From: Dehalococcoidia bacterium | Lineage (GTDB): Bacteria > Chloroflexota > Dehalococcoidia > E44-bin15 | Direction: 5' to 3' | Assembly: GCA_035528575.1 (NCBI GenBank) | Contig: DATKYK010000029.1 | Span: 14,824 to 78,823 of the forward strand | Length of the DNA: 64,000 nt | In this document: positions 1-8,183 of the stretch, in pieces | Numbering within the stretch: position 1 is the first letter of the stretch | How the letters are laid out: each line of letters opens with the position of its first letter | Program-made: the position numbers and the translations under genes | Notes under the pieces: model-generated | Told to the model about the DNA's origin: nothing | The model's input: the letters and a program-made list of their open reading frames with translations, nothing else | The model's database searches: none

Positions 1-2
1 TG

Positions 3-275
3 GTGAGCGGGCTTTTCGGGCTTCCTGAAGATAGCGTTGTCGCTATCGTGGTTGGCTTTTTGCGCAAGGATGTGGCTATCGGGCTGCTGGCCCCGCTGTC
101 ACTGAGCGCCACGCAACTGGTGGTGGGCTGCGTCGTGCTGACCATGTTCCTCCCCTGCATCGCTGCCTTCGTTGTCCTGGCCAGGGAGCTTGGCGTTAAG
201 GGCTTGCTGGCTGCCATCGGAATAATGCTCGCCGCCACCGCAATTGTAGGCGGGCTTTTGAACCTGGTTTTATAG
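3..275 (+). CDS. feoB: Ferrous iron transporter FeoB, C-terminal fragment (5' end outside window)
   Basis: C-terminal hydrophobic segment with the conserved FeoB-type pattern ...FLPCIAAFVVLARELGVKG... (YIPC.AT.A.I.RE.G.K-like). The ORF runs off the left edge of the window. Confidence 0.5.
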   Translation: MSGLFGLPEDSVVAIVVGFLRKDVAIGLLAPLSLSATQLVVGCVVLTMFLPCIAAFVVLARELGVKGLLAAIGIMLAATAIVGGLLNLVL

Positions 276-291
276 CGTGCTGGCTTAGGAC

Positions 292-331
292 GCTTGACTT
301 TTCCTCCTGATGGCGGTTTGATTTATCAGTG
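292..331. repeat. Left copy of ~40-bp imperfect direct repeat (gcttgacttttcctcctgat + 20 nt) flanking the AT-rich island
   Basis: Twenty of the first 20 nt and about 35 of 40 nt overall are identical to 5413-5452. It lies 17 nt after the feoB stop codon. Confidence 0.8.
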
Positions 332-431
332 TTTTCGCAACAGCCCCCAAGCGATGCCCGTAAGCTTTTATTTATCCATATTCTTGTCACGTGATAAAAT
401 GTCCAATCCACTTATACCTACGCTATATAGT

Positions 432-460
432 TTGACATACAAATAACCGCAGAGTATTAT
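432..460 (+). promoter_or_regulatory. Sigma70-type promoter candidate (TTGACA-17-TATTAT) for the 513 ORF
   Basis: TTGACA at 432-437, a 17-nt spacer, TATTAT at 455-460, and the RBS gagggaa just before the ATG at 513. Confidence 0.45.
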
Positions 461-512
461 TCTCTCACACCATGAACTACCTCGGCATTCTGAAAAGAGA
501 TGAGGGAATACA

Positions 513-773
513 ATGACACAACAAAAGTGCACTGATGCTAGCGATGTCGAATTTGCCCTTAAGAATCATTTCGAGAGTAAATATGGAAAGAAACTACTAA
601 ATGTTAAATTTAGAAGTGTGTATTATCAAGGAGGCTCTGTTAGAGATGTCTGGGAAGCTGATGGTGATATTATTCTCAAAGGATTTCTTTGGAGAAAAAA
701 GCGTCAATCATTCCGATATCAAGTTGACCCAAAATCAGGCAAAATAATCGGATACCAAGAAGTAGGGCGATAG
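513..773 (+). CDS. Hypothetical small protein (86 aa), island-encoded
   Basis: ORF with an RBS in an AT-rich region. No recognisable motif. Confidence 0.4.
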   Translation: MTQQKCTDASDVEFALKNHFESKYGKKLLNVKFRSVYYQGGSVRDVWEADGDIILKGFLWRKKRQSFRYQVDPKSGKIIGYQEVGR

Positions 774-864
774 TGCTGAAATAATACAAATTAAGCTCAG
801 CTAGGCGGATTTGGCAAATCAAATAATATTCCGACCCACTTTTTCAGCGAACTGACATATAATC

Positions 865-893
865 TTGACATATATAACCTGGGGGGTTATAAT
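865..893 (+). promoter_or_regulatory. Strong sigma70-type promoter (TTGACA-17-TATAAT) giving a near-leaderless transcript of the toxin operon
   Basis: TTGACA at 865-870, a 17-nt spacer, TATAAT at 888-893. The ATG at 899 is only 5 nt downstream of the -10, which implies a leaderless mRNA. Confidence 0.5.
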
Positions 894-898
894 GTATT

Positions 899-1255
899 AT
901 GCATTTTATTGAGTATTATACTGATAAAAGGGGGCGGCAACCGGTAGTTGAATGGCAAAACCGGCTTGATATAAGGAACGACCATATAATCGATAACAAG
1001 ATTAAAAAGCTTATGGAGAATGGTCTTAAGGTTCTAGATACCAATATGTTTGATGTAATACAAGGCGATGATTCAGATTTTTATGAGTTGAAAGGAGGTC
1101 TAAATAAACAATGTAGGATTGCCATTTATCATGATAAAAGGAGAAATACCTTTATTCTTCTACATGGGTGGTTGAAGAAGAAAGGGCGAGATGAGCAAAA
1201 TATAGAACAGGCTCGCACTATTCTACATAGGTATTTATCAACACAAGGAGAATAA
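899..1255 (+). CDS. Type II toxin, RelE/HigB superfamily (Gp49-like / HI1419 'addiction module killer' family)
   Basis: 118 aa. The C-terminal motif NTFILLHGWLKKKGRDEQNIEQAR is typical of Gp49/HigB-like toxins. It is followed 1 nt later by an XRE antitoxin gene. Confidence 0.65.
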   Translation: MHFIEYYTDKRGRQPVVEWQNRLDIRNDHIIDNKIKKLMENGLKVLDTNMFDVIQGDDSDFYELKGGLNKQCRIAIYHDKRRNTFILLHGWLKKKGRDEQNIEQARTILHRYLSTQGE

Positions 1256-1256
1256 T

Positions 1257-1742
1257 ATGATGGTTAGGACACCAATACAAGAAATAAAGGAGAAGCTGCT
1301 AGATTTTGAGTACAGAAAACGCTTTGGGGCTGCCGACGCAAAGAATGAGTTTGCGATTACTCTAGCGACGGTCCGTAGGGACTTGAATATGACCCAACAG
1401 GAGCTAGCAGATAGATGTGGTGCAACACAACCATATATCGCTAAGTTGGAAGGAGGGGAGGCAAACCCAACGCTGGGTACTATAGGTAATATGCTAGCAG
1501 TAATAGGTTGTCGCCTTGCAATGGATGCAAAGCCACTGCTGCAAGATGTACCAGCACCGCCGTCTACAATTACGGTCAGTCAAAGCAGCACTGTTGCTGA
1601 CACAGGAACACTCCCATTGGATTGGGAATGTATTTACGAGGCAAATGGTTCTGGTGGCTATACTGCGCCGCTGACATCAGGCAGGTATCCAATAACCGCC
1701 GCTAAATCAGATTCCCCTGCTTTAGTGGGAGGATATAGATAA
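1257..1742 (+). CDS. XRE-family HTH antitoxin (HI1420/HigA-like) with a ~65-aa low-complexity C-terminal extension
   Basis: HTH signature LNMTQQELADRCGATQPYIAKLEGGEANPTLGTIGNMLAVIG. The tail is rich in Pro/Ser/Thr. The 1-nt gap after the toxin gene indicates an operon. Confidence 0.65.
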   Translation: MMVRTPIQEIKEKLLDFEYRKRFGAADAKNEFAITLATVRRDLNMTQQELADRCGATQPYIAKLEGGEANPTLGTIGNMLAVIGCRLAMDAKPLLQDVPAPPSTITVSQSSTVADTGTLPLDWECIYEANGSGGYTAPLTSGRYPITAAKSDSPALVGGYR

Positions 1743-2161
1743 TGAACGTATCTAAAGAAATGCAGGAACTATTCACCAATGAGATCGATTTTGTTATTGA
1801 GCGAATGAAAGGGACAAATAGTGCACCCGAGAAAATGTATTTCTTTAGTGGTACATATGCATGCGCCCTAAGGATTATTAATATCGAGTTTGATGCAGAA
1901 CTAGCCTTTATTCATCACGTTCTACAAAGTGCACATCAAATGATAGATGCACGGATAACAAGACCACAGCAGGGGCAAGATAGACCTATTGGAATACCTG
2001 AGAAGTTGTTTGACAGACTTGAAGATGCTTTGAAGGAAATGTTAGCAAGGATAAAGAAGGGTGATGAGACGTATCCCGTGCTTCAGACAATCTTTAATCT
2101 AGCCTATAGCACAACGGGCAATGGCTATTATCTATACTTGAAGGGTTTGTTGCCTGTATAG
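1742..2161 (+). CDS. Hypothetical protein (139 aa) translationally coupled to the antitoxin gene (TAATG overlap)
   Basis: Its start overlaps the stop of the upstream gene (ATAATGA). There is no recognisable domain and the region is AT-rich. Confidence 0.5.
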   Translation: MNVSKEMQELFTNEIDFVIERMKGTNSAPEKMYFFSGTYACALRIINIEFDAELAFIHHVLQSAHQMIDARITRPQQGQDRPIGIPEKLFDRLEDALKEMLARIKKGDETYPVLQTIFNLAYSTTGNGYYLYLKGLLPV

Positions 2162-2290
2162 CAATCTACCCTATCTGAAAACCTGCTATTTGAACATTCT
2201 TATCTCAACGACTATATCTTATGCATTACGGTTACAACTCCCTGTGCGGGCGACATTTCATCATTATCCCAACGGAGTCTTGTAATACTT

Positions 2291-2357
2291 AAAGCTATCA
2301 CCAACGCTGACAGAGCGAGTATATCGCTGCACCATTTCCAGGCTTTCCCACCTGCCT
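2291..2357. repeat. ~60-bp repeat element, copy A, upstream of hicB
   Basis: Core gctgacag..gtatatcgct.gcaccat.tccaggcttt.cccacctgcc is about 88 % identical to 3118-3182. Confidence 0.7.
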
Positions 2358-2379
2358 AAGTCCCCCTATACTGCATAGA

Positions 2380-2407
2380 TTGACAAATATCCTATTGACA
2401 ATATAAT
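2380..2407 (+). promoter_or_regulatory. Sigma70-type promoter candidate (TTGACA-16-TATAAT) for hicBA
   Basis: TTGACA at 2380-2385 and TATAAT at 2402-2407, about 70 nt upstream of hicB. Confidence 0.45.
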
Positions 2408-2478
2408 GCAAGGGTGTGGTTTTGCATGGTTTAATTTGGTTGTTCATGGCTTCGTTAGGTAAAACAAAAGGGGGTTGA

Positions 2479-2838
2479 ATGAAAGGGGAGAAGCGACAGG
2501 CTACAGCGGTCAGTCCGAAGGGTTATGTACACCTAACTCTTGAATTCTGCAAAGAAGGCAAGAGATGGACTGCCTGTTGTGAAGAACTTGGCACCGCTAC
2601 TTTTGGTCGCTCACTTCCTGAAGCAGAGGAAAAGCTTAAGGAAGCTGTTCTACTTCATCTGAACGCTATTGAGGCTGTCGGTGAGCGGGAACGATTTTTT
2701 AAAGAAAATGGCATAATTCTTCATCAGACCAAACCCAAATCACTCACAATACATATAACTCCCAACCCAAATGTATTTATTCAAGCCCTTGTCCAGCCTA
2801 TCCCTCAAAGTCCTTCCAAGGAGCGTGTCCCTGCCTGA
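2479..2838 (+). CDS. hicB: HicB-family antitoxin (UPF0150 / RNase H-like fold)
   Basis: The motif ...EGKRWTACCEELGTATFGRSLPEAEEKLKEAV... is typical of the HicB N-domain. A HicA gene follows 43 nt downstream. Confidence 0.6.
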   Translation: MKGEKRQATAVSPKGYVHLTLEFCKEGKRWTACCEELGTATFGRSLPEAEEKLKEAVLLHLNAIEAVGERERFFKENGIILHQTKPKSLTIHITPNPNVFIQALVQPIPQSPSKERVPA

Positions 2839-2881
2839 GTATACCCAGATTCCTGCTATTTAAGGCAAGCAATTAATTAGA

Positions 2882-3091
2882 TTGCTTAAGAAAGACGGCT
2901 GGGAAGCTCTCAGAAAAGCCAAGCATGGTATTGCTTTATCAAAATCCTTCGGTGACCGCAAACGAGTCACAGTCATTCCAGATAGTCGAGCATCACTCCC
3001 TGATGGCACTTTATCGGCAATACTTGGTGTCAAGCAAACAGGACTTGGTAGGGCTGAATTACTCAACTTGATTATTAAACGTGGGCTTTAA
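2882..3091 (+). CDS. hicA: HicA-family toxin (YcfA-like mRNA interferase); probable non-ATG start
   Basis: The in-frame upstream residues give LIRLLKKDGW, a HicA hallmark. Later residues RKAKHG...K fit the family. An upstream TAA at 2861 limits the ORF, so a TTG or ATT start is used. Confidence 0.55.
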   Translation: MLKKDGWEALRKAKHGIALSKSFGDRKRVTVIPDSRASLPDGTLSAILGVKQTGLGRAELLNLIIKRGL

Positions 3092-3117
3092 CCCAAAGGC
3101 GGCTTATAGAACCTCAG

Positions 3118-3182
3118 GCTATCTTCAAAGCTGACAGGATAGGTATATCGCTTGCACCATCTCCAGGCTTTTCCACCTGCCG
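3118..3182. repeat. ~60-bp repeat element, copy B, immediately after the hicA stop
   Basis: See copy A. It starts 27 nt after the hicA stop codon. Confidence 0.7.
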
Positions 3183-3448
3183 AAAAAGCCAACTACCTTC
3201 ATAAAAGCCCCTTTTCAGCCCCATACTGGCAAAGCCGCCCTTTATAACGCTGTAACTACTTCATGAACACCTACGTAGAGCCATAGACGCCGCCCACCTG
3301 GCTACATTTTATCGGTTGTGTTGCTGTCCTGCATGTACCGGACGAGTAGGTTCTCTTGCATTTAGGTGGTTATGTTCCCCTTGATTGTGGTTGACATATT
3401 ATCCTCATTACTATATTATCCTATATCATCAAACAAAAGGAGGGCTTT

Positions 3449-3619
3449 ATGACTAGTGATGTAATAACCCCTGATATTGCCATACTTTGGGCAGCCACTG
3501 AATTAACTAAAGCATGGGTAGGTACTGGGAAAATAGACCCTAGCACAATTGTTAATACCTTTAATACAATCTATACTGGTATATCAAATACTGCAACGTT
3601 TACTCCTTTTTCTCAGTAA
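3449..3619 (+). CDS. Possible small ORF (56 aa) with a strong RBS (aaaggaggg)
   Basis: A Shine-Dalgarno sequence lies 4 nt before the ATG, and TTGACA-17-TATTAT is about 55 nt upstream. It falls below the ORF-track length cutoff. Confidence 0.3.
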   Translation: MTSDVITPDIAILWAATELTKAWVGTGKIDPSTIVNTFNTIYTGISNTATFTPFSQ

Positions 3620-3799
3620 GGACGCCCGAAAAACTCTCTTGACAGAGCCATTGAATCTCATCAAGTTCTAGCCCTTTGCCTTTCAGAAGTAGAAAGATGT
3701 CTAATCTCTCTTGTATCGCTTCAGGTATTCTCACATCAGAATTATTATCCATTATTATAACCTCCTCTTTACTACACTAATTAATCCTTATACAGGAAC

Positions 3800-4624
3800 T
3801 TAATCTTTACTTAGATACTCCACTAATCCTATCCATGTATTAAATGGCAACTTTAACCCAGCATATACCGCTGGTGTTTTACCCTTCAATGTCATATGTG
3901 GTCTTAGGAAGTTATAGTGAATGATAAAACCTTCAGAGATAGCTATGGCTGAATCTAATGTCTTTAATCCCCTAAAAACCTTCGTGCGCTCTTTGACGGT
4001 TCCCTGGAATCTCTCGATTATGTTAGTATTTACTTCTGCCGTAAGTCCCTTAGCCCTTATATGCTCACTATCAGCACCAAATACTCTCTCAATAGCATCT
4101 GGATACGCTGGCATACCATCCGAGACTATTTGCTTCGGTAGACCTATAACACGGTTGTACGCTTCAGACAATACCGCTACGGCAGACCGCATATCACGGC
4201 TTTTAGTTATATGTGTAGCTAGTAAAAAGCGACTTCTCGAATCTATAACGTCCCATAGCCAGAGTTTTCCCCCTGCTACAGAAATCATCGTCTCGTCGAT
4301 GACCCACTGCCACGATGTTTTTACCTCTAGTTTATTCAGGATACGCTCAGACTTCTTAGAATACTTAATAATCCAACGCCACACTGTAGCAGGGTCAACA
4401 ATGATTCCCTCAGTAGCGACAAGGTGTCTACTAATATCTGCCAGCGATAACCCATCATAGAATAAGCCTAGCGATTCGCCGATTGTCTCAGTAGTGAACC
4501 GCATTCCTTCGGGTGCTAGAGTACCAGCGAATTTACGCCCGCAAGCTTTGCATTTGTAATACTGAGTACCTGCCTTAAAGCCGTATTTCATGGTGCTGGG
4601 TGATTGGCAGAATTTACATTTCAT
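3800..4624 (-). mobile_element. IS6-family (IS26/IS240-like) DDE transposase with an N-terminal zinc ribbon
   Basis: The protein aligns with IS26 Tnp across the catalytic core: TVWRWI.KY, W.IDET.I.V.G.W.W.VIDS, SDGMPAY. The N-terminus has CxxC...CxxC. Terminal inverted repeats could not be recognised. Confidence 0.7.
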
Positions 4625-5274
4625 TTAATATTCATTCTCCAATATTTACCAAATAACCTTACCTCACGAATCTTAATATCACTTACAGACCAATGATAAT
4701 TTGGGCGTGGTTCAATTATCTCAACAACAATTAAATAAACAGGTTCTGGAGTATCAATTGTAAAAGATATATTATGTCTTAACCCAGAGCATTCCTGCTC
4801 CCATTCCTTTAAAATACCTGATGCCCCATTAAGTATTACCCTCCACTTCTTTGGATAATCTGGTGAATCCTTACCATGCATAAAAACAACTTTATCTATT
4901 ACACGAGCTTTGCCATAATCCCAATACCTTATCTTTTTAAATACCTTTGAGGTAGCCTTTAAAATGTAATATATAATTTTGTTAGGACTTTTACGTATAT
5001 CTAAAACGAAAGTATCACCTGTTTCTTGTTGTCTATGGGTTCTCCATTTAGTAGCTTCTTTGCCTTCAAGATAATCTGTACTATTAAGTAAATCAGCCCT
5101 CCAATGTGTCCTATCAGGCCATAATAACCTAGAAATAAATATCCACAAACCTATAACAACTGCAAAAGAGCTAGAAACAATAATAGTTATCATTCTAGGC
5201 GTCCCCGCTAACCCTTCGATTAGTGCGCTTATAACAACACCAGCAACACACATCTTGAGTATTGTCATTAACAT
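4621..5274 (-). CDS. Hypothetical membrane-anchored protein (2 N-terminal TM helices); its stop overlaps the transposase start
   Basis: It overlaps the tnp ATG by 4 nt (ATGA). The region is AT-rich and the protein has no recognisable domain. Confidence 0.45.
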   Translation of the reverse strand: MLMTILKMCVAGVVISALIEGLAGTPRMITIIVSSSFAVVIGLWIFISRLLWPDRTHWRADLLNSTDYLEGKEATKWRTHRQQETGDTFVLDIRKSPNKIIYYILKATSKVFKKIRYWDYGKARVIDKVVFMHGKDSPDYPKKWRVILNGASGILKEWEQECSGLRHNISFTIDTPEPVYLIVVEIIEPRPNYHWSVSDIKIREVRLFGKYWRMNIK

Positions 5275-5412
5275 ATTTATATAATCTTCCCTGCCCTATA
5301 GGTATGAGTATACCAATCTTAAATAAAGAGGCAATTACTCCCGTTAAGAGGAGTATACCACCACTATAAAATTGCCTCAACCCCCTACGCAAGAGAACCG
5401 ACGAGTATAAAA

Positions 5413-5452
5413 GCTTGACTTTTCCTCCTGATAGCTGTTAGATTTGTCCGTG
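5413..5452. repeat. Right copy of ~40-bp imperfect direct repeat flanking the island; contains a putative -35/-10 for the downstream surface protein gene
   Basis: It matches 292-331. It also carries TTGACT-17-TTAGAT upstream of the surface-protein start. Confidence 0.8.
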
Positions 5453-5476
5453 TCTCGGTTCAAGCTCCTACAAAAG

Positions 5477-7012
5477 ATGGCTCTACGATTCGCAACATCT
5501 TTTATTCCTCTAACAATTATAGCATTGCTGACGGTAAGCACCCTTTCCGCTGGAGCCGTGGATAATCTTTTGCAGAACCCAGGCTTCGAGTATGGACCTT
5601 CGGGCTGGTTAAGCTATGGTGGTGGCGCTCTCTCCGTAGTTGGGTCACCAGTCCACAGCGGAGATTTTGCCGCTGCCTTCGAAAGCGACACCGCAACAAC
5701 AAAGTGGATTTATCAGGTCGTATCTGTATTGGGGGGAGAAAGCTATACCTTTTCTGGCTACGCCATAAAAAATGATCCTAATATTGAGACAATTTTCCTA
5801 CGGATCTCCTGGTACCAGAGCCTAGATGGCTTCGGAACCGAGATGGCTCACCACGACTCCCTCACTGTTCTGATAGATGACGAGCCCCAATACCGTCTTT
5901 TAACTACTGATGAGCTTACCGCTCCAATAGATGCACATTCGGCACGAGTTAAAGCGATACTGGAGCCGGTCTCCGACGTGGCAGCAATTGCCTATTTTGA
6001 CGATCTACGCTTCGAAGGGCCTCCGCCAGCTACTCCTACTCCCACGCCGACACCGACTCCTACTCCAACACCAACACCAACACCAACACCAACACCAACT
6101 CCTACACCCACACCCACTTCTACTCCTACTCCTACCCCAACTCCTACACCTATCCCTTCGCCAACGCCTACGCCCACACCAACCCCTACTCCCACGCCTA
6201 CTCCTACGCCTAATCCCACTCCTACTCCTACTCCTACTCCAACACCAACCCACAACGGCACGATCGCCGATATTGGCGATGTGCTGATTAATGAGATCCA
6301 ATACGATTCTCTGCAACCGGGTGTTGATGCTTCCTTCGAGTGGGTGGAGCTCTTTAACTGCACACAAGAGCCTGTTGAGCTTGAAGGATGGAGAATCAGC
6401 GATAACTATGGCAGCGACCCGGTTCCCTCACTACACCTGCCCCCTCAGGAATTCGCGGTAATCGCCGCCTCTCAGGACTTTTACACCAGCTTCCCTGACT
6501 TCACGGGCACCATAGCCTTCATAGACGATAGCCGTGTTGGCAACGGATTGAGCAATGACGGGGACTGCCTCATCCTTGAGGACAGTGCGGAAACTGTTAT
6601 TGATGCTATGTCCTACGGCGATGATAACAGTATATTGCTGCCGCCATGCCTGGATGTGGCCGAAGGCCACTCCCTGGAGCGCCAACCCGCCGGCTTTGAT
6701 ACCGACCAGGCCAGCGACTTTACGGATAATTCAGAGCCCACCCCAGGCTACGGCCTTTCTCCCTCCACATCCTCACCCACACCCACCATGACACCAACGC
6801 CAACAGCGGGTCCCACCGCTACGCCCACTACTACACCGACAGCGACACCTACAACCTCACCTCCCAGCAGTCCCACCCCTGAGGGCACAACGCCGCCGCC
6901 TCAAGAATCCCCGGCTCTCTCTGGAATGGCGTTGCGCGCTATTCTCATTACAGCAGCATTAGCCTTCTTTGCCGTTGTTTTCTGGTTTGGAATGAGAAAG
7001 AGGAGAAAATAA
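5477..7012 (+). CDS. Cell-surface protein: signal peptide, CBM4/9-like domain, PT-repeat linker, Lamin-tail domain (LTD), second S/T/P-rich linker, C-terminal TM anchor with basic tail
   Basis: [11 protein letters not shown] is a CBM4_9 start. (PT)n spans about 60 residues. INEIQYD...EWVELFN...EGWRISD is an LTD signature. The C-terminus is a hydrophobic helix followed by RKRRK. The start is probably MALRF at 5477 rather than the TTG at 5444. Confidence 0.7.
   Translation: MALRFATSFIPLTIIALLTVSTLSAGAVDNLLQNPGFEYGPSGWLSYGGGALSVVGSPVHSGDFAAAFESDTATTKWIYQVVSVLGGESYTFSGYAIKNDPNIETIFLRISWYQSLDGFGTEMAHHDSLTVLIDDEPQYRLLTTDELTAPIDAHSARVKAILEPVSDVAAIAYFDDLRFEGPPPATPTPTPTPTPTPTPTPTPTPTPTPTPTPTSTPTPTPTPTPIPSPTPTPTPTPTPTPTPTPNPTPTPTPTPTPTHNGTIADIGDVLINEIQYDSLQPGVDASFEWVELFNCTQEPVELEGWRISDNYGSDPVPSLHLPPQEFAVIAASQDFYTSFPDFTGTIAFIDDSRVGNGLSNDGDCLILEDSAETVIDAMSYGDDNSILLPPCLDVAEGHSLERQPAGFDTDQASDFTDNSEPTPGYGLSPSTSSPTPTMTPTPTAGPTATPTTTPTATPTTSPPSSPTPEGTTPPPQESPALSGMALRAILITAALAFFAVVFWFGMRKRRK
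6023..6250. repeat. Tandem hexanucleotide-like repeat (CCNACN)n encoding the PT linker
   Basis: Runs of ccaacaccaacaccaacacc and actcctactcctac appear directly in the DNA. Confidence 0.85.
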
Positions 7013-7118
7013 TTGCCTTGCACCCCTCTCTGGGATATAATTACGCACTAGGCCAATGCCGAAGCCATCGATAATCACCATAGATGGTTGAGATTTTAGA
7101 TATGATGGAGGAAAGCTG

Positions 7119-7763
7119 ATGCCCTGGTTTTATTATCTGGGGACAATGCTCATGAAGCTCCTGCTCTTCCTTCTGGCCCGCTGGCAGGTCAAAGGGAAGG
7201 AAAATATACCCGCCCGGGGACCCCTTATCGTGGTGGCCAATCACCTAAGCATCGCCGACCCCCCGCTGCTCTCGGCAAGCATTCATCGAAGGATCATCTT
7301 TATGGGCAAGGAGGAGGCATTTCACAATCCAGTCTTTGGCCCGCTAGCGCGCGGCTGGCGAGCCTTTCCAGTGCGCCGCGGCGTATTCGATAGGGTAGCA
7401 CTCCGCCGTGCCGAGGGGGTATTAGCGGAGGGTCAGGTATTAGGGATGTTCCCTGAGGCGATGAGGAGCCAAAGAGCGCAACTGCAGCAGGGCTTGACAG
7501 GTACCGCCCTCATCGCCCTACGAAGTGGTGCCACTATACTCCCCGTGGGCATCATCGGGACGGAAAAAATTGAGGGGATAAGCGTTATCTTCCGCCATCC
7601 CGCCATAATCGTAAACATCGGTGAGCCCTTTAAACCTCCCTCCATAGATGGCAGGTTAACCAAGGCTCACCTAGCCGTGGCCACTGATCTTATAATGGGG
7701 CGGATTGCTGAGCTTCTCCCACAAAGCTATCGAGGGTATTATAAAGATGGAAAAGGCTGCTGA
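7119..7763 (+). CDS. plsC: 1-acyl-sn-glycerol-3-phosphate acyltransferase (LPLAT family)
   Basis: The H(x4)D motif VVANHLSIADP and a FPEG-like motif are present. The length is 214 aa. Confidence 0.75.
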   Translation: MPWFYYLGTMLMKLLLFLLARWQVKGKENIPARGPLIVVANHLSIADPPLLSASIHRRIIFMGKEEAFHNPVFGPLARGWRAFPVRRGVFDRVALRRAEGVLAEGQVLGMFPEAMRSQRAQLQQGLTGTALIALRSGATILPVGIIGTEKIEGISVIFRHPAIIVNIGEPFKPPSIDGRLTKAHLAVATDLIMGRIAELLPQSYRGYYKDGKGC

Positions 7764-8120
7764 AAAATATATCGGGGTTAACTCTTTACATTCCATCCCC
7801 GACGATGCCTAAATACTATCTAATGATAATAGAGCAGCATGCCTGAAAGGAATCGAATCGTGAAACAAAAAGTGACACAAAAATTTGGTATCTATCTGAA
7901 CACCAAAGAACTGAAAGTGGCTAGGATCAATTCCCCCCACTGGATCCCCTCCGAGCCGGATTGGGTATTCCTTACGCCAGAGGTTAATATGACCCTGCTC
8001 AAGATCCGCCAACTGGCTGAAGAGCAGAAGCTTGTGAGCCAGCCCGATAAGCTGGTCTGGATCTAGCATTTGTATCCGGGGATACTTGCTTGGCTAACAG
8101 ATCTAGGTGTTATCTGGGTG

Positions 8121-8148
8121 TTCAAAAAAACCTTTATATGTTATAATA
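8121..8148 (+). promoter_or_regulatory. Sigma70-type promoter candidate (TTCAAA-16-TATAAT) for ppsA
   Basis: The -10 TATAAT is at 8143-8148, 35 nt upstream of the ppsA start. Confidence 0.35.
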
Positions 8149-8183
8149 TCGACCTAGCTAGCTCGAAAAAGTTATGAGGGCGT

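Noticed and set aside
3740-4700. Terminal inverted repeats and 8-bp target duplication for the IS6 transposase
   Set aside because: I compared both ends and reverse complements over about 100 nt each and found no convincing 14-20-bp inverted match. The IS boundaries are left undefined.
6023-6250. Possible CRISPR array suggested by the short tandem repeats
   Set aside because: The repeat unit is 6 nt with no spacers, and it lies in-frame inside a coding sequence. It is a protein linker repeat, not a CRISPR array.
5931-6367. Several 118-123-aa ORFs on both strands made of GVGV, HQHQ or RSRS repeats
   Set aside because: They are artefacts of reading the (CCNACN)n PT-linker repeat in alternative or antisense frames inside the surface-protein gene.
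7809-8069. Overlapping 75-aa (+) and 86-aa (-) ORFs between plsC and ppsA
   Set aside because: Neither has a clear RBS or motif, and they overlap each other. I could not decide which, if either, is real, so they are left unannotated.
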